From NCBI GenBank assembly GCA_964560005.1, contig CAZLKB010000002.1:381-64380 (forward strand): a stretch of 64,000 nucleotides of DNA, read 5' to 3'. Numbering within the stretch: position 1 is the stretch's first letter; each line of letters opens with the position of its first letter. This DNA is from an uncultured Gammaproteobacteria bacterium (GTDB lineage Bacteria > Patescibacteriota > Patescibacteriia > Patescibacteriales > GWC2-42-12). A model generated the notes under the pieces. The model made no database searches. It worked only from the letters and a program-made list of their open reading frames with translations, and was not told the origin of the DNA. This document shows positions 35,030-45,754 of this stretch, piece by piece. A program made the translations under genes and the position numbers.

Positions 35030-36814
35030 ATGTTAAGAACTCATACCTGCGGCGAGCTGACTAAAAAAGATGTTAAAAAAACCGTTGAGCTTTGCGGCTG
35101 GGTGCAGAGCCGGAGAGATCACGGCGGCTTGATTTTTATTGACTTGCGCGATCGGTATGGTTTAACTCAACTGACTTTTGACCCGAAAATCAGTAAAGAG
35201 GCTCTGGCGGAAGCCGATAAGTTGCGTAACGAATGGGTGATCAAAGTAACAGGCGAGGTCGCGCCCAGGCCGGAGGCAATGATCAATAAAAAAATGCCAA
35301 CCGGCGAAATAGAAGTTGACTGCGGTATAATAGAAATTTTGTCGCGATCAAAAACCCCGCCGTTTGAATTAAATGAAGAAAAAAGCGGAGAAGCCAACGA
35401 AGCTTTAAGGCTGAAATACCGCTTTGTTGATTTAAGAAGGCCTAAACTGCAGGAGATGCTTAAAGTCAAAGATCGGTTTTTTCAGTATATCAGAAAGTAT
35501 TTTCACGAGCACGATTTCGTGGAAGTGCAAACTCCGATCTTAGCCAATTCCTCGCCCGAAGGCGCGCGCGATTTTTTAGTGCCGTCGCGGCTTTATCCGG
35601 GAAAATTTTACGCCCTGCCCCAGGCGCCCCAGCAGTTTAAACAGCTCTTGATGGTGGGCGGGCTGGATCGATATTTTCAAATCGCTCCCTGTTTCCGCGA
35701 CGAAGATCCGAGAATGGACCGCCATTACGGCGAGTTTTATCAATTGGACATGGAAATGAGCTTTGTTGAGCAGGAAGATATCTTTAAAATTATGGAGCCG
35801 TTAATGAAAGAATTGACGGAAAAATTCAGCGTGAAAAAATTAGTCGGCTTGGAGAAAGACGGCCGTTTTAGAAAAATTTCCTGGCGAGAGGCGATGGAAA
35901 AATATGGTACGGATAAGCCGGATTTGCGCTTTGCCATGCCGATTACGCCGATTACCGGTTTAGTTAAAGACTGCGGTTTTTCCGTATTTGCCGAGGCTGT
36001 AAAAAATGGCGGCGTAGTTCATGCCCTGAAAGTGGAAAATGGCGCAAAATTCAGCCGTAAAGAGATCGATGAGATGACGGAAATCGCCAAAGCTAAGGGC
36101 GCGAAAGGCTTGGCTTATATCGTTATCAAAGATAAGGGCGAATTACAATCGCCGATTATTAAATTTTTAGGCGATAAATTGTCAAAAGAAATTATTAAGC
36201 AGCTGGATGCTAAGCCCAGCGACATAATATTTTTCGGAGCGGATATTTGGAAAACCGCTTGTTTAAGCCTGGGCGCGGTCAGGAGCGAATGCGCGGCGCG
36301 GCTGGGTTTGAAAGATAATAAAAAAGCCGCCTGGTGCTGGGTAGTTGATTTTCCCATGTATGATTATTCTGAAATTGAAGAGGGCCGCGTGGATTTCGCC
36401 CATAATCCGTTTTCTATGCCCCAGGGCGGTTTAAAAGCTTTAGAGACTAAAGATCCGTTTGAAGTTTTAGCTTATCAGTATGATTTGGTGATCAACGGCT
36501 TTGAAGCTTCTTCGGGCGCCATCAGGAATCATGAGCCGGAGATTATGTATAAGGCTTTCGCCATTGCCGGCTATACCAAAGAAGAAGTGGACAGTAAATT
36601 CGGCGCCATGATCAGAGCGTTTGAATTCGGCGCTCCGCCTCACGGCGGCAACGCGCCGGGCGTAGATCGGATTTTAATGGTACTTTTGGATCTGGACTCT
36701 ATCCGCGATATTTACGCCTTTCCTAAGGACGGCCAGGGCAAAGATCTAATGACCGATAGCCCGAGCGAAGTGTATGACAAACAGTTAAGAGAGTTGGGGA
36801 TAAAGATTGCGTAG
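35030..36814 (+). CDS. aspS: aspartate--tRNA ligase (bacterial type)
   Basis: 594 aa; [29 protein letters not shown] and GGNAPGVDR class II motifs. Confidence 0.96.
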   Translation: MLRTHTCGELTKKDVKKTVELCGWVQSRRDHGGLIFIDLRDRYGLTQLTFDPKISKEALAEADKLRNEWVIKVTGEVAPRPEAMINKKMPTGEIEVDCGIIEILSRSKTPPFELNEEKSGEANEALRLKYRFVDLRRPKLQEMLKVKDRFFQYIRKYFHEHDFVEVQTPILANSSPEGARDFLVPSRLYPGKFYALPQAPQQFKQLLMVGGLDRYFQIAPCFRDEDPRMDRHYGEFYQLDMEMSFVEQEDIFKIMEPLMKELTEKFSVKKLVGLEKDGRFRKISWREAMEKYGTDKPDLRFAMPITPITGLVKDCGFSVFAEAVKNGGVVHALKVENGAKFSRKEIDEMTEIAKAKGAKGLAYIVIKDKGELQSPIIKFLGDKLSKEIIKQLDAKPSDIIFFGADIWKTACLSLGAVRSECAARLGLKDNKKAAWCWVVDFPMYDYSEIEEGRVDFAHNPFSMPQGGLKALETKDPFEVLAYQYDLVINGFEASSGAIRNHEPEIMYKAFAIAGYTKEEVDSKFGAMIRAFEFGAPPHGGNAPGVDRILMVLLDLDSIRDIYAFPKDGQGKDLMTDSPSEVYDKQLRELGIKIA

Positions 36815-36843
36815 TCGAAGTCCGGAGTATTTCTGAAAATAAT

Positions 36844-38280
36844 ATGCAAAATGTTTCTGTTAAACAAATTTTTGATAAACCGGAAAATTTTTTATCAGGG
36901 GCTGGTTCTTCTGCTGTCGAAAAAATCTCCGTTTCCGGCTGGATTAGAACGGTTCGTTCTTCGGCCAATGTCGGCTTTATTGAATTAAATGACGGAACTT
37001 TTTTAAAGAATTTACAAATTGTTTTTCAAAATAATTTGGCTAACTTTGAAGCTCTAACGAAATTGAGCATTGGATCATCAATAAGGGTGGAGGGTGAATT
37101 GATAAAATCTCCGGCCGCCGGCCAGGCCTTTGAAGTAAGGGCGGAAAGTATTGAAATTATCAGTTTAACCCCGGAGGACTATCCTTTGCAGAAAAAAAAG
37201 CATTCTTTTGAGTTTTTACGCACTATTCCGCATCTTAGGTCCAGAACCAATACATTTTCTGCCGTATTTCGCTTGCGCTCGGTTCTGGCCTATGCCATCC
37301 ATAAATTTTTTCAGGAAAAAGGATTTATTTACCTGCAATCGCCGATTATCACCTCTAGCGATTGCGAGGGCGCCGGAGAGATGTTTCAGGTGACAACCCT
37401 GAATTTAAATAAACTGCCAAAAGACGAGAAAGGGGGAATAAATTTTAATGAGGATTTTTTCGGTAAGAAAACCGGTCTAACGGTAAGCGGACAATTAAAC
37501 GGCGAAGCTTTTGCCCTGGCCTTTAATAAAATTTATACTTTTGGCCCGACTTTCAGGGCGGAAAATTCCAACACCGCCCGTCACGCGGCCGAGTTTTGGA
37601 TGATTGAGCCGGAAATCGCTTTCGCGGAATTAGCCGATAATATGAATCTGGCCGAGGAGATGATAAAATATTTGATAAATTATGCCAGGCAGAATTGTCC
37701 GGCAGAAATGGAATTTTTTAACAAGTTTATTGACAAAGAGCTGGAACGGCGGTTGGACTTAGTGGTAAAATCCAATTTTGAACGCCTGACTTATACCAAG
37801 GCGGTTGATATTTTAAAAAACTCCAAAGAAAAATTCAACTATCCGGTTGAATGGGGGATTGATTTACAGACAGAACATGAGCGTTATTTAACCGAGAAAG
37901 TTTTTAATAAACCGATCTTCGTGACTGATTATCCGGCGAAAATAAAAGCTTTTTACATGCGTTTAAATGAAGATGACCCCTCGGCACAGTCCGGCGCAGG
38001 CAAAACCGTGGCGGCCATGGATTTATTAGTCCCCGGCGTAGGGGAAATAATCGGCGGCAGCCAGAGAGAAGAGCGGCCGGAGGTATTGGAAAAAAGAATG
38101 AAAGATTCCGGCTTAAAACTGGAAGATTACCGGTGGTATTTGGATTTAAGGAGATTCGGCGGAGTGAAGCACGCCGGCTTCGGGTTGGGCTTTGAGCGGG
38201 CGATAATGTATTTAACCGGCATGACCAATATCCGCGATGTTATTCCGTTTCCGCGCACGCCGAAGAATGCGGAATTCTAG
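36844..38280 (+). CDS. asnS: asparagine--tRNA ligase
   Basis: 478 aa; [29 protein letters not shown] and GFGLGFER motifs. Confidence 0.95.
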   Translation: MQNVSVKQIFDKPENFLSGAGSSAVEKISVSGWIRTVRSSANVGFIELNDGTFLKNLQIVFQNNLANFEALTKLSIGSSIRVEGELIKSPAAGQAFEVRAESIEIISLTPEDYPLQKKKHSFEFLRTIPHLRSRTNTFSAVFRLRSVLAYAIHKFFQEKGFIYLQSPIITSSDCEGAGEMFQVTTLNLNKLPKDEKGGINFNEDFFGKKTGLTVSGQLNGEAFALAFNKIYTFGPTFRAENSNTARHAAEFWMIEPEIAFAELADNMNLAEEMIKYLINYARQNCPAEMEFFNKFIDKELERRLDLVVKSNFERLTYTKAVDILKNSKEKFNYPVEWGIDLQTEHERYLTEKVFNKPIFVTDYPAKIKAFYMRLNEDDPSAQSGAGKTVAAMDLLVPGVGEIIGGSQREERPEVLEKRMKDSGLKLEDYRWYLDLRRFGGVKHAGFGLGFERAIMYLTGMTNIRDVIPFPRTPKNAEF

Positions 38281-38339
38281 AGTAATATTTAAGGCTATTG
38301 GTATGTGGCAGGAGAAAAAAGGGGAAGAGTAAAAAATAT

Positions 38340-38630
38340 ATGCGGTTATCCAAACTGCAAAAATATATTCTGGAAAAGTGCTATAATGATAAGAGTTACC
38401 TGCCGGCTGATTTTTATGATTTTTATAAAGGAAAAACCAAGAGCAGGAAATTAACGCAAAACATAATCCATCAGAGCCTGGACTCGCTGGTAAGCAAAGA
38501 TCTGCTTGTTGCCATTGGCAAAAAAACTTCGCAAAAGTGGTTCATTTATAGGGTAAAATTGACTAATATTGGCAAAAATAATGCTATTAAATTAATTAAA
38601 AATAAGCAAAGAAAATTGCCGATTAAATAA
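38340..38630 (+). CDS. hypothetical small basic protein, possibly winged-helix
   Basis: ORF only; ATG 38340 preferred. Confidence 0.35.
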   Translation: MRLSKLQKYILEKCYNDKSYLPADFYDFYKGKTKSRKLTQNIIHQSLDSLVSKDLLVAIGKKTSQKWFIYRVKLTNIGKNNAIKLIKNKQRKLPIK

Positions 38631-38770
38631 CTAATATCTACAAATTACAAATCTTATACAAATTTACAAATAAATACAATGTAATTCCGCGCCCGCATAA
38701 TATAGTAATTTATTTGGAGGTTAAGAATATGTAAATTTGTACAAAATTTGTAATTTGTAGACCTAAAATT
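38631..38770. repeat. palindromic spacer, tacaaat family (arms about 33 nt, near perfect)
   Basis: tctacaaattacaaatcttatacaaatttacaaat versus atgtaaatttgtacaaaatttgtaatttgtagac. Confidence 0.9.
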
Positions 38771-39715
38771 ATGGAAAAACAAAATGCGAAATTCGCCTTC
38801 TTTTATATGCTGTCCTTGGTGGCGCTAATATTTACCGCGCTGGCCACCGGTATGGTAATTTTTCAAATTATCAACAAAAAAATTATTGATGTGCTGGCTT
38901 TGGCGCCGGGCGGCTTTGACCAAGGCGTCCTGAAGTTCGCGATTTCCGCGATTATCATCGCCGGTCCGATTTATTTTGTTATGATGTGGCTGATAAATAA
39001 AGACATCTTAACCGGCAAACTAGAGAAGGATTCGGGCATAAGAAAATGGCTGACTTATTTTATCTTATTGATTTCCGCGGTAGTGATGATCGGCTGGTTG
39101 ATCGGCACGATTAACAGTTTTTTAAATGGAGAATTGTCGCTTAAATTTATTTTAAAGTCGCTGACTTCAATTTTGATTTCCGCCGCGGTTTTCAGCTATT
39201 ATCTTTATGATATCAGGCGCAAAGATGTCACTAAAAATAATAACATTATCAGAACATATTTTTACGGTTCCGTCGCCGTCGTCTCCATCGCCTTAATTGC
39301 CAGCTTTTTCTTTATTGATTCACCGCTCCAGGTAAGGCTGCAAAAGTATGATCAGAATATTATCAATAAATTCAGCCAAATTGATTATGCCATTAATGCC
39401 TACTACGGCGAAAACAATAAACTGCCCGCTGATTTAAATGTTATTCTGGAGGGTGGACCATCGGCGGTCTACAGTCTGATTGACAGCGACATTTCTGATC
39501 CGGCCACGGGTAAGGCGTTTGAATATAAAATTAGCGCCAAGGACACCTACGAACTTTGCGCCACTTTTAAGACGGAGAATAAGACCAAGGCTGAAGATAA
39601 ATCCATTTATGTTGATACGCGCTGGCTGCACGATGCCGGCTATCAATGCTTAAAACAGAGAGTCGCGACTATAGACAAGAATAAGCAAGTGCCAATCTCG
39701 GTGCCGGTTAGATAA
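38771..39715 (+). CDS. membrane protein (DUF5671-like 4-5 TM N-terminus, extracytoplasmic C-terminal domain)
   Basis: 314 aa; topology and AFFYMLSLVALIF start; family assignment from memory only. Confidence 0.5.
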   Translation: MEKQNAKFAFFYMLSLVALIFTALATGMVIFQIINKKIIDVLALAPGGFDQGVLKFAISAIIIAGPIYFVMMWLINKDILTGKLEKDSGIRKWLTYFILLISAVVMIGWLIGTINSFLNGELSLKFILKSLTSILISAAVFSYYLYDIRRKDVTKNNNIIRTYFYGSVAVVSIALIASFFFIDSPLQVRLQKYDQNIINKFSQIDYAINAYYGENNKLPADLNVILEGGPSAVYSLIDSDISDPATGKAFEYKISAKDTYELCATFKTENKTKAEDKSIYVDTRWLHDAGYQCLKQRVATIDKNKQVPISVPVR

Positions 39716-39757
39716 AACTTCAGCCCGCTTTCGATGCTAATTATTAATTTAAATAAT

Positions 39758-40279
39758 ATGTTTAAGATTGCTAAATTTCCTCAAAAATTAGCTAAATATT
39801 TAGAAAAAAATAAAATTAAACATAGGATTCTAGAGCATAAAACCGTTTATACGGCCTACGATACCGCGGCTACTCTGGGTAAGAAGCTAAATGAAATTGC
39901 CAAGTCTCTCCTGGTGTCGGCGGATAAAAATTATTATCTGGCCATACTTCCGGCCGATCATAATCTGGATTTTAAAAAACTTGCCGAACTATTAGCTAAG
40001 GCAACCGGGCAAAAAATTAAAACCGTAAAAATTCCGGGCGAAGATGCCATGAAGAAATTATTAAAAGTTAAGGCCGGAGCTATGAGCGCTTTCGGCGGGC
40101 TGCATAAATTACCCGTGGTAATGGAGAAAAGATTAGCCAAGGCGAAAAAATCAATTTTTGCTTCAGGCGGGTTTAACCATTCGGTGGAAATGGGGGTTAA
40201 AGATTTTATTAAGATGGAAAAGGCCATCCTCGGTAATTTTGGAATTAAAAAGAAAGCAATTTTAATTAAGAAAAAATAA
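39758..40279 (+). CDS. YbaK/EbsC-type aminoacyl-tRNA editing domain protein
   Basis: TAATLGKKLNEIAKSLLV and ILPADHNLDFKKLAELL patterns. Confidence 0.65.
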   Translation: MFKIAKFPQKLAKYLEKNKIKHRILEHKTVYTAYDTAATLGKKLNEIAKSLLVSADKNYYLAILPADHNLDFKKLAELLAKATGQKIKTVKIPGEDAMKKLLKVKAGAMSAFGGLHKLPVVMEKRLAKAKKSIFASGGFNHSVEMGVKDFIKMEKAILGNFGIKKKAILIKKK

Positions 40280-40289
40280 GTAGCCCGCA

Positions 40290-40442
40290 CCAGCCTGATA
40301 GAGCTTTTATCTTTCTCGCTTAAGACAAAATTTGGGCATTTTTTTAAAAAATATTTTTATTATTATTTAATTAAGTAATATTTTTTTAAAAAATAGCTAC
40401 AATTTTGTATGCGCTCAAAAGAAAAAAACTCTATCAGGCTGG
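40290..40442. repeat. conserved-core / variable-stem hairpin element, copy A
   Basis: outer stem ccagcctgatagag / ctctatcaggctgg; core ...tctcgcttaagacaaaatttgggcattttttt ... agctacaattttgtatgcgctcaaaag. Confidence 0.85.
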
Positions 40443-40468
40443 GCTGGTAAGGTTTTATAAGGCGCATT

Positions 40469-41179
40469 ATGCTTAATTTTAAAATAGATAAATTTGAAGG
40501 CCCTTTGGGCCTCTTGGTTGAGCTGATTGAAAAAGAGGAAATGGATATTACGGAAATTTGCTTAGCTAAAATCGCCGATCAATATATTAACTTTATTAGG
40601 AGTTCCAAAGCGCTGGAGCCGGAAGGCCTGGCGGATTTCTTGGTTGTGGCCGCCAAGCTTCTTCTGATTAAATCAAAAGCGTTATTGCCCTTTTTGCAAA
40701 CCGAAGCCGAAGAGGAAATTAAGGAGTTTGAAGATCAGTTGAGAATGTATAAGGAGTTTTTAGAGGCAGCCGGTAAGATTGAAGCAATTATCGGCAAAAA
40801 GCGGTTCGGCTATCAGCGTGAGTTTAACCGCCAAGCGATTTTAGCAAACGCCAATATTTTTTCTCCGCCCAAGAAATTAAAGGCTAAAGATTTATTCAGC
40901 CTGTTCAGTGACATCATCAAGAATATCAAGCTGCCGGAATCTTTGGAAGAAAAAAAACTAGAAGTAAAAATAAATATTGAAGATAAAATTTTGGCGATTC
41001 AGCAAATTTTAATTAATCAGATAAAATTCAGTTTTGACCGCATTTTATCCGGCGCGCAAAGCAAAACTGAAGTGATCGTAAGCTTCCTGGCGCTCTTAGA
41101 ATTAATTAAGCAAAAAGATATAGTGGTAGCGCAGGGCGACTTGTTCGGGGAGATAGAAGTTAATAAAATAGTTTTATAA
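40469..41179 (+). CDS. scpA: segregation and condensation protein A
   Basis: FEGPLGLLVELIEKEEMDITEI motif. Confidence 0.9.
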   Translation: MLNFKIDKFEGPLGLLVELIEKEEMDITEICLAKIADQYINFIRSSKALEPEGLADFLVVAAKLLLIKSKALLPFLQTEAEEEIKEFEDQLRMYKEFLEAAGKIEAIIGKKRFGYQREFNRQAILANANIFSPPKKLKAKDLFSLFSDIIKNIKLPESLEEKKLEVKINIEDKILAIQQILINQIKFSFDRILSGAQSKTEVIVSFLALLELIKQKDIVVAQGDLFGEIEVNKIVL

Positions 41180-41182
41180 ATT

Positions 41183-41734
41183 ATGAGTTCCATAAAAAGT
41201 AAAATAGAATCGCTTTTGTTTATTTCCGCCAAACCCATGACCGCCGGCCAGCTGGCCGGGTTGCTTAAGGCGGAAAAAAAGGAAATAATCAAATCGGCCG
41301 ATGAGCTTTTAACCGATTATAAAAAAAATCAGACCGGCATTCAAATTATCAAAGATGGCCTGAAATACCAAATGGTTAGTACGCCGGAAAACGCCAAGGT
41401 GATTCAGGAATTTATCAAAGATGAAACCACGGGCGAATTATCAAAACCCAGTTTAGAGGCCCTAACTATTATCGCCTATCGCGGACCGGTGGCTAAAATC
41501 GACCTGGACAGGATTAGGGGGGTAAATTGTGCCTTAATTTTAAGAAATTTACTGATCCGCGGCTTGATTGAGGGCAAATTTGATAAAAATAAACACGAAA
41601 CATATTATACCGTAACCTTTGATTTTATCCGTTTTTTAGGTTTGAATGAGATTACAGACCTGCCTGATTACGGAAGGTTGCACCAAGACGATACTATAGA
41701 CAGGATGCTTAAAGAAGCCGGCGAGGTTAATTAG
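41183..41734 (+). CDS. scpB: segregation and condensation protein B
   Basis: IESLLFISAKPMT, ALTIIAYRGPV and RGV motifs. Confidence 0.9.
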   Translation: MSSIKSKIESLLFISAKPMTAGQLAGLLKAEKKEIIKSADELLTDYKKNQTGIQIIKDGLKYQMVSTPENAKVIQEFIKDETTGELSKPSLEALTIIAYRGPVAKIDLDRIRGVNCALILRNLLIRGLIEGKFDKNKHETYYTVTFDFIRFLGLNEITDLPDYGRLHQDDTIDRMLKEAGEVN

Positions 41735-41781
41735 CGATAATTATTTGTTTAAACGCCGGAAAATATAAATTAATAAGATTT

Positions 41782-42858
41782 ATGTTAATACCAATCGCTA
41801 TCGGTCTCGTTGTATCAACAATTTTTTTAAATTTAAATTTTTTTATTCAAGGCGATTTTATAACCTCCGGCCAAAATAAGCGGATTAAGACCGGCCAAGT
41901 TTTAGGAGCCGCCGAGTATAACGGCCAGGGAGAAATTTCAGTTGAGCAAGACAACTATTTAAATCAAGCTTTGGCACAGGTGATAGAGGAAGTTAAGACT
42001 CTACCCCTGCCTCAGCTTTTTCAATTACCGCAGCTGGATCAGCCAATAGAGCGGCTTCCATTAAGCCAGGATGATCCGCCGGCTGGCGAACAAGAGCCGG
42101 CTATTATTAATTTTGATTTTCCGGCCGAGGTCGGCTTAATTTCTGATAGCAACGGCGATAAGCTGTTTTTCGCCAAACGGCCCGACCGGACTTGGCCGAT
42201 CGCCAGCATAACTAAATTATTCACGGCTTTAACCTTTTTAGATTATAATCCGGGCTTTGAGACGAGCTATGTGATTAAGCCGTCCGACAAGCGCGAAGGC
42301 GGTAAAATCTACCTGTTTACCGGCGATCAGGTTACGGTACAAGATTTATTTTATTTTAGCTTGGTTGGCTCCGATAACACGGCTACCGCGGCCTTAGTGC
42401 AAACTACCGGCTTAAGCGAAGGCGAGTTTATTGAAAAAATTAATGACAAAATTAAAGCTCTGGGTTTAAAGCATACCAGGATAGTTGACCCGGTTGGGTT
42501 AAACGACGGGAATATTTCAACCGCGCGAGAAATCGCGGAATTTTCTAGAATCGCCCTAGCCAACCCGGAGATTAACCGCGCCTCTTTAACAAAAAAATAT
42601 GAATTTACGACTAAGCAAGGCAGAAAGAAGTCTATTATTAACACTAACGAACTGTTGGCCAGTTTTCCGGATAAAAATATCAGCATTTTGGGCGGTAAAA
42701 CCGGATATATTAACGCTTCCGGCTATTGTCTGGTTAGCCAATTTAAAAATGATCAAGGCAAGACAATCGTTACCGTCGTTCTGGGCGCGGACACGGATGC
42801 CGGCCGTTTTAGCATAACTGAACGATTAGTTGACTTATATTATAAGAATGGGCTTTAG
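41782..42858 (+). CDS. D-alanyl-D-alanine carboxypeptidase (peptidase S11, PBP5-like) with N-terminal TM anchor
   Basis: SITK (SxxK), SDN and KTG active-site triads in the correct order. Confidence 0.8.
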   Translation: MLIPIAIGLVVSTIFLNLNFFIQGDFITSGQNKRIKTGQVLGAAEYNGQGEISVEQDNYLNQALAQVIEEVKTLPLPQLFQLPQLDQPIERLPLSQDDPPAGEQEPAIINFDFPAEVGLISDSNGDKLFFAKRPDRTWPIASITKLFTALTFLDYNPGFETSYVIKPSDKREGGKIYLFTGDQVTVQDLFYFSLVGSDNTATAALVQTTGLSEGEFIEKINDKIKALGLKHTRIVDPVGLNDGNISTAREIAEFSRIALANPEINRASLTKKYEFTTKQGRKKSIINTNELLASFPDKNISILGGKTGYINASGYCLVSQFKNDQGKTIVTVVLGADTDAGRFSITERLVDLYYKNGL

Positions 42859-42929
42859 ATTGATTGGATAAGATAATAGATTATGATATAATAAACTATA
42901 CGAGAAGATTAAAAAGCATAACAAACAAT

Positions 42930-43697
42930 ATGAACAGTAAAAAAATTATCATCGCCAATTGGAAAATGAATTTAAGCTTGGCCGAAACCATGAATTTGGC
43001 AAAAAAATTTAAAAAGAAATTTGCCCGGCCGATAGAGGGCGAAGTAGTCGTTTGTCCGACGACTTTGGCTCTGAGCCATGTCGCTAAAATATTAGAAAGC
43101 AGTTGGCTAAAATTGGGGGCGCAAAATGTTTTTTGGGAGGAAAAAGGGTCGTATACAGGCGAAACATCCGCCGGTTCTCTAGCTGAGATTGGCTGTCAAT
43201 ATGTAATTTTAGGCCACAGCGAAAGAAGAGCCTATTTATTGGAAAATTACGAGATGATACATAAAAAATTAGTAAATACAATTAAAACCGAGGGATTGAC
43301 TCCGGTAGTTTGTATCGGCGAAAGCTGGAAGGAAAGGCAAACAGACAGAAGAGATTTTGTTTTAGTGGAACAGCTTTGGCAGGCTTTATCCAATATTGAT
43401 GTTTTCGGTGATCAGCAGATAATTATCGCTTACGAGCCGATATGGGCGATTGGTACGGGTACGGCCATTAAGCCCGACGAAGCCGAATATGCCCACAAGA
43501 TTATTAAATTAGCCTTAAATGACATGTTCGGCATGCAGATGGTTAGTAAAAATTTTAGGATTATTTACGGAGGCAGTATCAATTCCAAAAATGTTAAGGC
43601 TTTTAATGATTTGGAAAATATTGACGGTTTATTGGTTGGCGGCGCCAGTCTTAAAGTAGACGAATTTTTTAAAGTAGTTAAAGAAATCATCAGGTAG
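42930..43697 (+). CDS. tpiA: triosephosphate isomerase
   Basis: IIANWKMN, LGHSERR, AYEPIWAIGTG and GGASL motifs. Confidence 0.93.
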   Translation: MNSKKIIIANWKMNLSLAETMNLAKKFKKKFARPIEGEVVVCPTTLALSHVAKILESSWLKLGAQNVFWEEKGSYTGETSAGSLAEIGCQYVILGHSERRAYLLENYEMIHKKLVNTIKTEGLTPVVCIGESWKERQTDRRDFVLVEQLWQALSNIDVFGDQQIIIAYEPIWAIGTGTAIKPDEAEYAHKIIKLALNDMFGMQMVSKNFRIIYGGSINSKNVKAFNDLENIDGLLVGGASLKVDEFFKVVKEIIR

Positions 43698-43798
43698 AGT
43701 AATTTTAAGCGATTTATTAAATTATAGAATAATTTATGATTTGTGCTGGTTGATGATTTTAGTTTTGGCTGTAACCAATATAATTCATATTAATTTAT

Positions 43799-44674
43799 AT
43801 GCTAGTCCATATTAAAGATATAGTAAAACAAGCAAAACAGGGCGGTTATGCCTTAGGGGCATTTAATATTACCAATCTGGAGTCAGTCTTGGGCGTTGCT
43901 CAAGCCGCGGTGAAAGCCAATTCTCCGGCGATTATCCAGGTGTCCGAAAGCGCGATTCAATATATGGGCCTTAAGCCGATTACCCATATTGTATCAACGG
44001 TAGCGAAAAATGTGGCGGCTCATGTACCGATTGCCTTGCATCTTGATCATGGCACCAGTTTTGATTCGGTTTTTGAGTGTATTAGCTCGGGCTTCACCTC
44101 GGTTCATATTGATGCTTCATCTTTGCCTTTAGATGAAAACATTAATTTGACCAAACAAGTGGTAAAAGTGGCGCATGCTAAGCATGTCTGGGTTCAGGGA
44201 GAGGTCGGCGCTATGATAGGCGGGCACGGGGATATTAGGGGGAAATTAAAAAAGATTCCTTTAGCCAACTTGGATGATGTGATAAAATTTGTACGAGAGA
44301 CTAAGGTGGACACCATTGCCGCGGCTATTGGTACGGCTCACGGTATTTATAGCAACGAGGATATTGTCTTTAGTTTGCTTAGAGATATAAAAAAAGCGGT
44401 CGCTCTTCCTTTTGTTTTGCACGGCGGCTCGGGTGTTTTAAGCAGTAAGATCAAGAAGGCGATTAGGGAAGGGGTTAATATTATTAATATCGGCACTGAT
44501 TTAAAAGTTGCTTTTTGCCAAGCCTTAATTAAAGCTTGTTTAGAAAATAAGCAGGAAACCGATCCCAGAAATTTATTAAAACCTACTATAAAAGCGATTG
44601 AAAAAGTGGTTTTGGACAAAATGAAATTATTTGATAGCGCCGGCCGTTTTATCGTTGGCGGGATAGAAACCTAA
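43799..44674 (+). CDS. fba: class II fructose-bisphosphate aldolase
   Basis: GAFNITNLE, HLDHG and LHGGSG motifs. Confidence 0.9.
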   Translation: MLVHIKDIVKQAKQGGYALGAFNITNLESVLGVAQAAVKANSPAIIQVSESAIQYMGLKPITHIVSTVAKNVAAHVPIALHLDHGTSFDSVFECISSGFTSVHIDASSLPLDENINLTKQVVKVAHAKHVWVQGEVGAMIGGHGDIRGKLKKIPLANLDDVIKFVRETKVDTIAAAIGTAHGIYSNEDIVFSLLRDIKKAVALPFVLHGGSGVLSSKIKKAIREGVNIINIGTDLKVAFCQALIKACLENKQETDPRNLLKPTIKAIEKVVLDKMKLFDSAGRFIVGGIET

Positions 44675-44700
44675 ATCGCGAATTAAAAACTAATTGATAT

Positions 44701-45573
44701 ATGTATAATATTATTCCTTTATTGTTAATATTGGTTAGTTTAAGCGTCATTATTGTGATTGTGGCGAGGAAATTTTCTGTTTTAGCCAGTTTGGATGTAG
44801 TCAATATTCCGGCTGAAAAGGAAGCTAAATTCAAAGAAAGAATTATCAGCAACCGCCTCAAAAGGAATATTATTAAATGGCTGTCTAAGTTTAGCCGGTT
44901 TATACGGCCAATCGCTTGGGGAGTTGGTAATTTTTTTAAATTCAGCTTGCATAAACTCTATCAGTTGAAAAAAAATTATTTGATTAAAGAAGCTGTTCAG
45001 GGCGTTGGAGCGGAACAAACAACCGAACAATTATTTTTACAAGCCGAAGAGTTCAGGAAACGGGACGATTTAGCCGCCGCGGAAAATAAATATATTGAAA
45101 TTATCGGTTTAGATAGTAAAAACTTCAAGGCTTTTAAGGAGCTGGGCCGAGTCTACTTTGAGAAGAAACAATTCGAAGAGGCTAAGCAAACCTTTGAGCA
45201 TGTTTTAAAGTTAAAACAAGACGATGAAGATGTTTACGGGAATTTAGCGCAAATAGCCGCGGAAAGAGGAGATTTTAATGAAGCGCGCGACGAATATTTA
45301 AAATCAATCAATCTTAACAAGCAGAATGCCCAAACACACTATAACTTAGCTTGCGTTTATAAGGCAGTGGGCAAGTGGCCGGAAGCGATACGCAGCTTAA
45401 GGAAAGCGCTGAAGATTGAACCGGCTAACCCCAGATATCTTGACACTATGCTGGAAATCAGTATAATAATGAAAGATAAAGCTTTAGCCCTGGACGCTTA
45501 TCAGAAATTATTTAAAACCAATCCGGATAACAATAAAATAGTTGAATTCAAAAAGCAGATTGATGCTTTATAA
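44701..45573 (+). CDS. membrane-anchored TPR-repeat protein
   Basis: N-terminal TM helix; at least 4 TPR-like 34-aa repeats. Confidence 0.7.
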   Translation: MYNIIPLLLILVSLSVIIVIVARKFSVLASLDVVNIPAEKEAKFKERIISNRLKRNIIKWLSKFSRFIRPIAWGVGNFFKFSLHKLYQLKKNYLIKEAVQGVGAEQTTEQLFLQAEEFRKRDDLAAAENKYIEIIGLDSKNFKAFKELGRVYFEKKQFEEAKQTFEHVLKLKQDDEDVYGNLAQIAAERGDFNEARDEYLKSINLNKQNAQTHYNLACVYKAVGKWPEAIRSLRKALKIEPANPRYLDTMLEISIIMKDKALALDAYQKLFKTNPDNNKIVEFKKQIDAL

Positions 45574-45667
45574 TAATTTTCAATCTTCGGTTTACAATTT
45601 TCAAAATTATGCTACTGGATGAGTTTTCATTGAAAATTGAAAATTGAAAATTGAAAATTTTTTATTT
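45574..45667. repeat. palindromic spacer, ttttcaat family
   Basis: tacaattttcaaaatt ... ttttcattgaaaattgaaaattgaaaattgaaaatt. Confidence 0.75.
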
Positions 45668-45740
45668 GCCGTTGTAGCTCAGCTGGTAGAGCAACTCCAT
45701 GGTAAGGAGTAGGTCCGCGGTTCAATTCCGCGCAACGGCT
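45668..45740 (+). tRNA. tRNA-Thr (anticodon GGU)
   Basis: acceptor GCCGTTG/CAACGGC, D-arm GCTC AGCTGGTA GAGC, anticodon loop ATGGTAA, T-arm CGCGG TTCAATT CCGCG. Confidence 0.9.
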
Positions 45741-45754
45741 CATGGGTCGTATTT

